Below are positions 37,971 to 49,886 of a DNA stretch of 64,000 bases, in pieces; the stretch's first letter is position 1, and each line of letters opens with the position of its first letter. The position numbers and the translations under genes are program-made. Under the pieces are notes generated by a model. The model had not been told where the DNA came from. It ran no database searches and worked only from the letters and a program-made list of their open reading frames with translations. Source of the stretch: Ginglymostoma cirratum (Eukaryota); contig JAHRHZ010000223.1 of the NCBI GenBank assembly GCA_024137785.1, positions 15,734,967-15,798,966 on the forward strand. The letters run 5' to 3'.

Positions 37971-39339
37971 CTAAAAGTAGGAGATGGTACACAAGTTATA
38001 TTCTGACAAACACATCTTGTTACACCACTACTTTATAGTACTGTATCCACAAAGGCCAAAGTACCTTGGCAACATGTGTCTTCTATTTCCATGCCGTAAA
38101 ATTGAAAAGTGACAATAACAGCATCTGTGGAATGTCCCACTATTCTGCTGATCTCATTTCGCAAACCATCTTTCTTGGCAGCTTTGAAGGTTCGTTTCTA
38201 CACAGATATTCACTGAATGGATCATAACAATAGTTTTTGTTTTGAGTACATACACCTCCTCCTGAAGGTATGTCATTGTACTGTACTGTATCCCAGTAAC
38301 CTTCTCAATCTTATCAAACAGCAATTGTTAATTAACATGCCTAATTTACTGGGCTTGTTAGTGTATGTCAGTGAGTCAGTCAACCAGCAATGCAGTATGC
38401 CAAACTTCCCCTTGTCCAACATTCAGATTTAGCTTCCAGAAAGGGTCATTGGAAAGTGATCAAAAGAAGGATGTGCAGAACCGAATGGAAGAGGCATCAT
38501 TTGCCTTTTTTAAAGGCACTGTTATCTAACATTGTATTAAAAGGGAAGTCTGCTAAAAAATACAGGAAGTAGTCAAAAATGCAGACTAAATTCAAAGCAT
38601 AATCCATTTTAAATTGCTCAAAATTGCATCCAAATGCTTACCTCAATGTTACTATGTATTTAGACGTCAATGTCCTGAAGTTGATAGTTCGAATAGATTG
38701 AAATAACAGGATATAAGGCAGCTGTGAGTCAATTTGCCATACCTTGAAATGACAAAATGCATGTTTGTATTTGAAGTTTCTCTCAGAGATCTCTTCAAGC
38801 AGCAGATAGTCAGCAAAATGGACAGGCTTCCACAGAAAGAAAGCAAGATAAATTGGGGGTTATGAGAAGGCTGTGATCAGCTTCTCATTCTACCATTTCT
38901 TGTGGTTGAGGGATGCAAGTTTCACATGCCCACTAACTGACCCATCAGGAAGTTGTGACCAACTGTGCGCGTGGCTCTGCATTGGAGAAACAATGACAAC
39001 CATACAGTTCAAGTGTGTGCCTAGGATTGTAGATACCTTCTGCTGCGTATGGGTGTGTGTGTGTGTGTAACTGTGTGTCAGCGAGTGTGTTGGTCTGTAC
39101 AGCAGCAAGTGCATTTGTGTGTCCATCAAAAGGAAGTACAAATCCAAATAAGGCAAAATACAGAAGTCACCACATAGTCCAGTAGTGGATCCTCACAGTG
39201 CCACAGATGGGGCAGATGATTTTGGAACAAGGTGTGAGAGATGCTCAGGTTTCTGTATGGTTTCTACTGTTTAAGCTTGGTCTCCTCCTGATCCTTGGCA
39301 CCATTGTGGATGCTTCTTCTCCAGTTTGGATGGGTCTTA

Positions 39340-40130
39340 GGTATGAGATTCCAAACGTTGGGTTGAAATGTTACATTTGAGCTGGCTGTGAGAACATCCC
39401 TAAAACATTTCTGATGATCTCTGGTCATCATTTGTTATGAAGAAGCTTACAGTAGAGAGCTTATTTTGGAAGTCCTGTGTTAGGCTTACAGATGAGACAG
39501 TTCCTCCAGAGCAGTTGATTGACCATAACCAGTGCCTCAATAATGGGGATACTGGCTTGAGAGAGGACACTGAAATTGGAGTGCCTATGTTGCTAGTGAA
39601 GGATTTTGTGAAAGCAACACTAGCAATATTTCTCAAGAGACTTGAGGTGTCTACTATACATTGCCAATATCTCTGATACATACAGGATGACTGGTAATAC
39701 TTCTACACTACAGACAGTGAGCTTGGTGCAGGATTTGAAATCCTGGTCTTCAAGTCTTTCTTCATCAGACAGCCGAAGGCAGTGCTGGTACTTGAGGCAT
39801 TGAGTTCATCCCCAATATCAGCTCTCACAGACAGGAGGCTCTGAGGGTACAAAAGTTGTTCCACACTGTCCTATGGCTCACCTTGGATCTTGACAGACCA
39901 GGGGTGCAGTGTTATAGGTCTCGTAGAATTGTTCCATTCCAGTATGAAGCTACCTGAAGTTGCAAGCAGAGGAAAACAGAGAAGAACAATGGTGCACTTG
40001 TACTAGGTCTACTTGGATGCAATGGTGAGGATCACAGCTCGCAAATTATTGTGCACAAACACAGGGTGGTGATAAATTTCTGCAGGTAGCCAAATTTATC
40101 AAGGCTACCACCTCCAAGGAGTGCACTGCA
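39340..40130 (-). mobile_element. Degenerate RTE-like LINE fragment
   Basis: Minus strand gives SVLSQASIPIIEALV...LPK*ALYCKL, resembling the RTE C-terminal region. Confidence 0.5.
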
Positions 40131-40144
40131 TTCCTGCTAATCTG

Positions 40145-40464
40145 GAGGCATGGTGGCTCAGTGTTTAGTACTGCTGCCTCACTAATTGGCTGTGGAGTTT
40201 GCACATTCTCCCAGTGTCTGCGTGGGTTTACTCCAGGTGCTCTGATTTCCTCCCACAGTCCAAAGATGTGCAGGTTAGATGGATTGGCCGTGTTAAATTG
40301 CCAGTAACATCCAGGAATGTGCAGGCTGGTGGATTAGCCATGGGAAATGCAGGCTTACAGGGATAGGGTTGGGGGACCATCTGGGTGGGATGTTCTTCAG
40401 ATGGCTTGTGTTGATTGGACAGGCCGAATGGCTTGCTTCCACACTGTAGGGATTCTATGATTCT
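40145..40464 (+). mobile_element. tRNA-derived SINE, HE1/V-SINE-like, internally deleted
   Basis: ggcatggtggctcagtgtttagtactgctgcctcac head, tgtggagtttgcacattctccc core and gggattctatgattcta tail. Confidence 0.8.
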
Positions 40465-43400
40465 AATCCCACTCTCCATTGTGGTAACATGAAATCAGGA
40501 AACAGTAACAAGTTCACTTTAAAATCATTGAAATTGCACAGCCGACAAATATTTGTGTCGCAGCTAGAAAACTCAAGATATCAGCAAACAACATTTGAGA
40601 TTGGAGGCAGCTCTCTGTGCAGATGAGGCAGATCCCTCCAGCTAAATGAGCAAACCAGTCTAGCATCTGGCTACAACTAGAAGACAAAAAGGTGTACAAT
40701 ATAGTAATGGAAGCCACCAGGATGGGCTCTCTAGCATCTACCCAAATCCTTGCCCTGGAATAAGCAACAAAACAAAGTATTGCAGATTTCAAAGCCACCT
40801 TTAGATGGTGGACCAGGTCTATGAGGAGAAACAATTCCGTACTGTAGTGGAAGATCAAGATTTCATAGTATCTCCTAGAAGAACTTGATGATTGGCTGAT
40901 TGTATTTCAGTGGTTTATAATCAAACATCAACAAAAGAATGAATACAGAATGCTTGAATTTGGAAGATGGCCTCCATGAATTCTGACAGGCCAGCCTGTC
41001 AAACAATGAGCAAAGTTGCAGACAAAAGCGTCAGTGAGAACAGCAGCAAATGAAATGAATAAACTCACTGTCTGGTGTCACATATGTATGATGGGTCAAA
41101 GCTTATGCTGATAGTAATGCTCAAGAGAATAACCCTCCTAAAACAGCAAATTATGTAAGATGCAGGGATTCACATACATGGTAAAGGGTGGATCAACGAT
41201 GATGGTTTACAAATATGGCTGAGGAACATTTGGAGTTAAGAGGATTAAGAGGAATGCCTTCTCATCTGGGAAATGTTCACACGTTGCAATGATATTGTTG
41301 CTGAAGCTAGATCACAAAAGTGATTATATGATAATGATTCCCATTAGTTCAATTACTGGACATCTGTCTAAACAAGCATAACGCCAAAAAAAAAATGACT
41401 AGCTAATCAGAGCAAAGAAGATATTCACCATGGCAAGCAGCTTTTTCTAATTCATTCATGGGATGAAGGCATTACAGGCTGGCCTTTTATTGCATGTCAG
41501 AGTCAACCTGAGGGTCAATTGCTGAGGGTCTGGAGTCACATGTAGATCAGACCAGTGAGGATGGCAGTTTCCTGCCCTGAAGGACATTGCAAACCAGATA
41601 GACAACACTACATACTTATTTAAAAAAAGGATTAAGCAGGACTGAAAGGATTCAGATGCATCACCCTGTCTGCAACTTGTTCTTCAAGAATGGGAAACGT
41701 CACTGGCAAACCATTAACACAATCCACTGACATTTTACAAGTCAATGAGCGTTAAGGTCAAGTCATGCATATGATTACTCCAAAGGAAAGGAAGCTTCAG
41801 GAGGGTTCAAAGTTTGGTGCTGACTGGTGACATCACAATGATTGCTTTGAACAATCTCGAAAGCCTTACATGCTCGAGACAAGAGAAATCAACAACATTG
41901 TGTTACCATGAGGCACAAACAATGCTCTTCACTACACTTTCATGATTAAAATGGTTGAAGCTACTTCAGCATCTTGGGAAACAAGATTGTTGAAATACTG
42001 ATGGAATCTTACAAACACTTTAAAATATTATACACAGGTTTTGGATGCTTTAATGAAGAAATTTCAAATTATTGTACTTCTAACAAAGAATTTATAATAT
42101 TCTAAGGCTTTTTGATTTAATAGATAAGCCTCTTTGATAATGACACTTGACTTTATTTAATTTATTACTGTCACGTGTACTGAGATACAGAGAAAAATGT
42201 CATCTTGCGTGCTTTACAAACAGATCGTACTGTACCAGTGCCTCATGGTAACAGAACAGAGTGCAGGGGACAATGTTACAAGCTGCTGAGAAGGCTGACA
42301 CTTTTAGCTTTTGGCAGAATTTTCACCACCGTATGGCATGTGTTGAGAAGGAAGATTGGGAAAAATACATTCTACTACTCCTAGCTATTTTCGCAGAATG
42401 GGATTGGAGTTGTACGGGCTACCTGTTGAGGCCAGTTGACAGAGGCCAACGGAATTTTCAATTCATCTCTGGGCACTCCAAGGAGTAAAGGAAGCAGACT
42501 GGCTAATTGCCGGCAGGTAGCTTCGAGGCAGTAGACCAGAGAACTACTGCTCTAGGCAGGCTTTGTGGCACGCCATCCTTGCCTGCCTCACCAAAGGTGC
42601 AACCACAGGCCTTCCTGTGAAGGCCCTTCATGATAATAGGCTGCAAACTTTGGTTTTTTTTTTACAAGTTGCTGGTAGCACATCTGTTTCCAGCATCAGC
42701 AAGGTGCAGCTCTATCTGAGCTGGAGAGCCTTCTATGAGACGTCCAGCTTTAAGAGGCTGCCTGCTGTTCTTAATTTGACATCAAGCATGACATCTGGCC
42801 ACCAACTGGCAAATCCACAAAAAATCAATGTCAGGTGAATGTTTTAGACACACTGCATGTTATGATCCCAATCTGATCCCAGTAATACTTTTCTGAACCA
42901 AACCTTGCCCTATGAGTCTATGATATATGAAGGGAGACAAGAAGTAAAGAAAAATGATTAGCTTGAAAATGTTGCATATAATTCTTTCAGTGTCATATCA
43001 TTCCACCAAAACAATCAGGTGGCCTTGCAACTGGCAACAAGCAAAAAGACTCATGCTATTCATGTTATGCCAGGACTGGCGTATTTCATAGAATCCACTG
43101 CTAAATTAATATCCATTTATCACGTCAGCACCAAAGACAGCTAGTTTGGAGGACAGAGGAAGCAAGAAAATTCCTCTACTATTTTAGTCTTTCTTGACTA
43201 CATGTTACTTGATCGGCCATCTATCTCTGGCATCTGGATCATCCACCAAATTTACTAATGCAGCTCTCCAGATAGATGGCAAAGCTACAACATAGCCAAG
43301 TGCAATGTGGGCAACTTTCTTTGTCTTCTTTTTTCATAACCATGGAATTAAGCAAGTTCCTCCTGTAGGAATATCATGGAGTTCTGGAACTTTTCAGATT

Positions 43401-43759
43401 ATGGACTGAGTTTACAACAATCCTGCCACCCAATACTCCAATTCACAACTTAATGCTATTCAAGTGCATTTTGCCAACCTTTAACCTTTGTTTTTGTTTT
43501 CATGATCGCATTGGTTTCTGTTGGCATTTTACAGATTTTTTTAGTGTTGTGAATGGTTCAGAGATGAGGTAGTTACTACATTACACTGAAGTCAACTCTG
43601 TGGTCGTGTACCAAGGTATTCACTCTGGCCAGCTCTGACAAATGGAACCAAACAGCAAGCAACATGAGGAGGTAGCAACTGGGAACAATTAAACAATCAG
43701 ATAGAAATCAATTAAACAAGTATGACCTTAGGAAAGGGCAATGGAGGGCAAAAGCAATT

Positions 43760-44390
43760 CGCAACAAACAACTGCACCTCCCAGTTGCGAACCATTTCAA
43801 CTCCCCCTCCCATTCCTCAGATGACATGTCCATCCTTGGCCTCCTACAATGCCACAGTGATGCCACCCGAAGGCTGCAGGAACAGCAAATCATATTCGGC
43901 CTGGGAACCCTGCAGCCCAATGGCATCAATGTGGATTTCACAAGCTTCAAAATCTCCCCTCCCCCAACCGCATCCCAAAACTAGCCCAGCTCATCTCCAC
44001 CTCCCTAACCTGTTTATCCTCTCACCCCAAGCCACACCCCCATCTCCTATCTACTAACATCATCCCGCCCCCTTGACCTGTCCGTCCTCCCTGGACTGAC
44101 CTATCTCCTCCTTACCCCCCTACCTACACTCACCTTTACTGGCTCCATCCCCGCCTCTTCGACTTGTCTGCCTCCTCTCCACCTATCCTCTCCTCTATCC
44201 ATCCTCTATCCGCCTCCCCCTCTCTCCCTATTTATTTCAGAACCCTCTTCCCCTCCCCCATTTCTGATGAAGGGTTTAGGCCCGAAACGTCAAGTTTTCC
44301 TGCTCCTGTGATGCTGCTTGACCTGCTGTGTTCATCCAGCTCCATGCTTGTTATCTCGGATTCTCCAGCATCTGCAGTACCTTTTATCTC
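43760..44390 (+). mobile_element. Penelope-like element 3' end (GIY-YIG C-terminus, pyrimidine-rich UTR, terminal repeat)
   Basis: RNKQLHLPVANHFNSPSHSSDDMSILGLLQCHSDATRRLQEQQIIFGLGTLQPNGINVDF; a different family from the 21065 element. Confidence 0.85.
44264..44291 (+). ncRNA. Minimal hammerhead ribozyme core
   Basis: CTGATGA-A-GGGT-TTAG-GCCC-GAAA-CGTC. Confidence 0.65.
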
Positions 44391-44397
44391 ACCACTG

Positions 44398-44810
44398 TGT
44401 AGTATCAGCTGTGACTCAGTTGGTAGCACTTTGCTCTGTGCCAGGAGGTTGCGGGTTCAAGTTCCTCCAATAATTTCAGCACAAAAATGTAGGCTAACAC
44501 TGCAGTGCAGAAATAAGGAGATGTTGCACAGTTTGTGAAGCTGTATTTTGGATGAGGCATCAAATCAACAATCCATCTTGTCCATGTAAATGAACATATG
44601 GCATTATTCTAAAATATAGAATGGGAGATCTCCCTAGTATTTACTCCAATATTTAGTGCTCAATCATCATCTCTCAAACCTGGTTCTTAACACATGACTG
44701 TATGTGAAAGCTCAAAGTACATAAATTGAATGTTGCATTTCCTGTATTACACAATGACCACATGTTAAAAAAATTACTGGCTGTAAAATACTTTAGGCCA
44801 TCCCAAAATC
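44398..44810 (+). mobile_element. Old Deu-domain-like tRNA SINE
   Basis: gtgactcagttggtagcac A box, gggttcaagt B box, and a degenerate Deu-like core ttttggatgaggcatcaaatc...atggcattattc...ccaatatttagtgctcaa. Confidence 0.55.
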
Positions 44811-47800
44811 ATAAGAAAATTCACAATGTAAATTCAAATCTTTCTGTTATCAATATACGTTGGGTCTGACTTTGCTGTTCTTCTTGCCCAGTAGTCTTTA
44901 CACCATAATAAGTCTGAGCAATAAGTAAAACAAAGAATATAAAAAGTGATGAAATTTTGGCTCACCTGTATAACTTTTTCTTTCCAAAGTACACAGGAAA
45001 GATATATCAACACAATCTAACTGATCCACAGTAAACTGGCAATTAATACCAGAGTTGTGATATCAGTGGACTACTATTTAACTGGCGGAGATGTCACAAC
45101 ACTGGTTCGTAATTTTAGCACAGAATTAATATTTCTAGACCACAAACATTCTGAGTGCAATAAACAAAAATGAGGCATTTAATATTCAGGTGTGTTGTGT
45201 TCTCCAGAGTAATTTTCAACACCCCATAGATAGCATAGTTATCAGGACAGATTTTGCTGCTCAACCTTGTAATTCACCTTTAAAATTACATAACAGCTTT
45301 AAAATCTCAAATTACTTTCTGCAATAGCAAAATCATATTTATTGAAGTGATCTGCAAGATATGGACTGCATATTAACAAACTCCCCATTACTGTTGAGCA
45401 CAATAAATTGTGCATGTGAACTGCTCCCACTGATTCTTTGGTCCACATGGGTTACTCCCATTTGATTTAATAATTAAACATATTCTACATTACATTTGTG
45501 TAAACATCTAAGGTATGAATTTTGACATACTAAAGGCATAGTGCAACATTCCTTGGAAGATCAACCAAGCATTTTAAGTTTAGTACCAATGGGACTCCTC
45601 CCCAGAACAATCATCCAAGCCTATAAATTCAAAAACATGCTATATGTGTGACCTGCATCAGAGAACCAAAAGTCAGCCATCCTATAACAACTGGTGGACT
45701 GAGTGGTGGTCCCCTGAACTATACCCATACGTTTACTCCATTGATATCTTGGCATTGGGACAGCCTGGATGTGTGCCCGAGGACAAAGTAAAAATACTCT
45801 TCAAGCAATGTGGAGGAGTAAAACAGGGTTGAAAGCAGCTAGCTTGGGTTCTTCTTAAGTTCATGTTGAAATACTTCCCTTGCCTTAGCCCATTTTTATT
45901 ATGGGGTCAAATAACCAAGTATCCAGTCTGGAAGCAGTCAAATTGTTGACTGCAATTAATTACAGTATATGACCTCCCAAGTTGTGAGATTTTCAATGCG
46001 TCCTTCTTCAACTGTGGAGGCCCAGAGTAACCAGTTGCTACCTTTTTACATCAATTATGCTTTTAATACATTTTACAGAGAAAAAGTTTCACCTGATATT
46101 TTATTAAAACGCCTGAATATGAAAATAAATGTTATTCACTTGGTAGTGAGCCAGTTGGATGGCTTTCAAAGGAAGAGGGAAACTTACAATTGACAGCATA
46201 TCATGAAAAGACCTCAAAAGTGCTACATACAATAAGTGGCTTTTAATAAATAGTGGCCACAAAATTTGTCTCCATAGAGCTTTCCACGCCATGAGGAGCA
46301 GGGACAGAAGAACTAAATCACAGAGCTACAATCACTGTTACCTTTTTTTTCAGAATGGCAGTGTGGGTGTTCCAAATAAAGCGTGCGCAGATCATCATGT
46401 CAGTCAGCCTGTAACACCAAATTGATGCCCCATCAGTCATTATCCATCTCACTGCTCTCGTTAGGAGGCGCTTTTGAATGTGCAGAGCTGAACATGTGCA
46501 GAGATGCATGGAAGACCTCTGTTGTCAGCACTATTTTAAGGAATTGCCAAACAACCTGAAGCTGAGTTGCTTGTGACTATTTAATTGATGTTCCAGAGTT
46601 CCTGAAAATCCTGGGTTGTTGGAAAATCTGTGCACAGTTGATCATATCAGCTGTCAATGGTGATGTGAAGGAGTTCTGGACTTCTGAAAGATCCCCGAGT
46701 ACATTGCCACAACCCCTTTGTACTGGAAATATCCATGAGAAAAAAAACAATGGAGAGTTGAGAAGTTACTTGCAGCAAAAGGAGTGGGAAGCCTTACCCA
46801 ACCAGGGATTTCAGATAGCACTTCTTCCATCTGTACCTAAAGCAGGAAAAATGCACTTGGGAGCTGTGCTTCACAGAAATATGCCACCTCTTAGAGGTGA
46901 TCCTGCAGTCTCAGAGCAGGGAAAAGCCATTGTTGCGATGCCTATCAAGTGATCATAGCAATGAAGTTTTAATCCAGTGGATTCCCCCAAGATGAAGCGA
47001 ATGATACTGGAAACATTTTGCACTTTACTCTTCCTGTGTATAGGGTCTCTGACTTCATGGATTTTGCACTAAACTGAAAGCGGGAGAAATACCTGTACCG
47101 TGGTAGCAGTTATTAAGCTTCTAACCTCCCTCAGTCTGCTGGGGAATGCAGAGAATATTAACAGCTCTTGTTGCTCTGGTCTATGAACAGCACAAGTTTC
47201 ACAGTCAGCCATGGGGTATTCAATATCCTTGGTCATCCCAGACCACCATTACGTTGACCAAGCTTTGGCTCTGCATTTGGTAATTCCCAAAATGTCCCTG
47301 GTGAAACTTCTCCAGAAGGTCTTTGTGAAGTGAAGCTGGAATGACCATGCATTTGCCATATATTCATAAATCACCCATAACTCTAAAATGCTCTCGATTC
47401 TTAAAGTAAGTTTACGATCAACGAGTTGACCCTTTCATATGGCTAGCCTTTGACACAGTGATTTTCCTGGTCCCTCTTCTGTTCTTGTTATATTTGGTTG
47501 AGCTGACATTGATTTGCTGGTCACTTTGTTGTTGTGGACTGAGTATACAAAGCAATCTCGTGAACCAAGTCAATATCATACATAGAAAGGCTGCTGACTG
47601 TTGTTCTGGATCCCGTTCAAAAGAAACTAGCACAGGGTATGAATGACTATCTCCCCCCAAATAACAGATAACCCTGCAGTTGCCCCAGCAGGGATTTCCA
47701 GTCAACATGAGGGCTTTGCAAATTGGTACAAAACAAATAAATGGTCAATCCATCAAGGCAACCTCGAGGTAAGTTCTGGAGCAGGAATGGAAATGCACCT

Positions 47801-48778
47801 TCAAATGTTATTCTTTCTTAATAAAATAATGATGGTCAATCTGCACCTTTGCTAAATACTTAGCATTGTACCGAATGAAAAATTCCTATATTTGCAAGCT
47901 GACTTTATGATCAAAAATAGTCTTAAAAATCGCTCATCTACAGTTTAATCATAACGTTGTTTTGTGACACTATATTTAGATTGTCAAAAAGGATAACTTT
48001 CAATGACACTTCATTTCAACCAAAAAGCCATTTCTAAGCCCTTCACTCAACTCATGCCCCTTCTTGTATTTTGAATCTACTTTAGTTCCATTTGCCAGTA
48101 AATAACACAAGAGGTTTAGTCTTCACCTGCAACTCTTCTGAATGTTGACCAACAAGGGGACATCACACCCAATTCTGATCTCATTTTATGAAAAGTTTGT
48201 ACATGCACATCTCCAAGAAGGATCATCAGATAGTTATTGGGAAGAAAAACATCAGCTGTACTTGCTCAAGATGAATTGAGGTTAACTATAATGCCTCTTC
48301 GTACCTTCACTAAGGAAAGGACAAACACAATGCAGACTGGGGACAGAGACCAAAACCATCATGGTCTGCATTTCACCATGTTTTATTTTTACACTGAGGC
48401 ATCACACCAAAGAATGAACCATTTCATGAATTTTTGCAGTGATATTAAAGTACCAATTACTAGGGTATCTGAAGAGATCCCATAGTTGTTTTTTTCACCC
48501 TATACAACTTTTTATTTAAGAAACAGAAAGCCTTTGAGATTCATTTCATTGCAGAAACAGTGCAACGAGAAGAGGACATTAAAAGAGTGGTAACACCTAT
48601 TGCTATTATGGCTTTATTGAAACAGCTTAGCACCCATGGATATTCATGTTGAAAATATGCATGTGGTAGCAATTGTGAATGAAAATCTTTATAAATAGTT
48701 GTCTGGCTGCCTTTTTGATTCAGGAGGTTTAATTTAAAACTGCTGTGTTTAAGTGCTTGGCTTTAAATGACTTATTAC

Positions 48779-48892
48779 CTGGAGCGTAGCTAAACGGACT
48801 CCTTCTAGTGGTTTGTCAGGATCCACCTTCACATCGCTCGTCTTGGTGAAACTATCTAAGTTTTTGATTCTATTACAGGCATCATATGCACC
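48779..48892 (-). CDS. MTHFSD: MTHFSD exon 3B (114 nt, phase 0/0), candidate mutually exclusive exon
   Basis: Acceptor cattacag|GGT, donor CAG|gtaata. Encodes GAYDACNRIKNLDSFTKTSDVKVDPDKPLEGVRLATLQ, matching the KVDPDKPLEGVRL segment of vertebrate MTHFSD. Confidence 0.92.
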
Positions 48893-48922
48893 CTGTAATG
48901 ACAATAAGAAGCAAAGACTTAC

Positions 48923-49036
48923 TTCAAGTGTGAGCAAACGGACATTTTCCTGTGGTTTGTCGGGATTTACTTTGATGATCCTTGCGTTTTTGAACTCTTG
49001 CAAATTTGGCAAATTTCTTGCAGCCTGGGCAGCTCC
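48923..49036 (-). CDS. MTHFSD: MTHFSD exon 3A (114 nt, phase 0/0), candidate mutually exclusive exon
   Basis: Acceptor aaacag|GGA, donor GAA|gtaagt. Encodes GAAQAARNLPNLQEFKNARIIKVNPDKPQENVRLLTLE; 18/38 identical to exon 3B. Confidence 0.88.
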
Positions 49037-49671
49037 CTGTTTCCAGAAGATGTGACGAATTACAATTAAAAACAACCACCGGAAACATGCATGGTTTATT
49101 ATATCTTTATTTCCCCCACATTTTAAACTCTTCGCCCTCCCTTGCATTGCATTAACCTTTTTACCTACATAAATCTCCTTTCCAAGCACATCCTAAAAAA
49201 AAATCTAGATTACACAAGGGGTTAGGTTTCACTGCAGTATTTTGAACATTGAGAATAGAGTAATAAAAGTGGAGCACCCACACACTTCATTTTTCTACTT
49301 GCAGTCATTAATACTTTCAGAACAAAAGTGATTGAGAAGGCATTTTGTGCACTCTTTAAGAGAACATTGAGGGATCTGTAGAAAAATATGAAAAGAACAT
49401 GTTCCCTTTGAACAAGAAAAAAGAGATGACTGGACATTGTAGTTACTGCTGGTAACACTCAAACTTTTCATGTCCAAAACTAATTCAGCCAGTCAAATGA
49501 GCAGAAATCCTCCACTATTTGTTGACTGTAAAGATCACACTGGACAGGGTCTTGCGGTGTACAGGTAATGTCCCTACCTCTTGGTCAGAAACCTCTGGTT
49601 TGAGACTGAAGAAAGCACTTGCTGACCATCTATGGTGCACTTGTAATGAGGCCAAACTGACTGATTATCAG

Positions 49672-49886
49672 AAATGAAACAACGAACTGCAGATCTGAAA
49701 CAAAAGCACAAAATGCTGGAGAAACTCTGCAGGTCTGACAGCATCTGTGGAGACAAAAACAGAGTTCACATCGAGTCCAGTGAACAGTTCTGATCAAGAT
49801 TCACTGGACTTGAAATGCTGATTCTGTTTCTCTCTCCACAGATGCTGCCAGACCTGCCGAGTTTCTCCAGAACTTTCCGCTTTGGT
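49672..49886. mobile_element. 215-bp fold-back Penelope-terminus element
   Basis: Inverted arms around a loop at about 49785-49799. Flanked by tgattatcag at 49662-49671 and 49887-49896. Confidence 0.75.
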
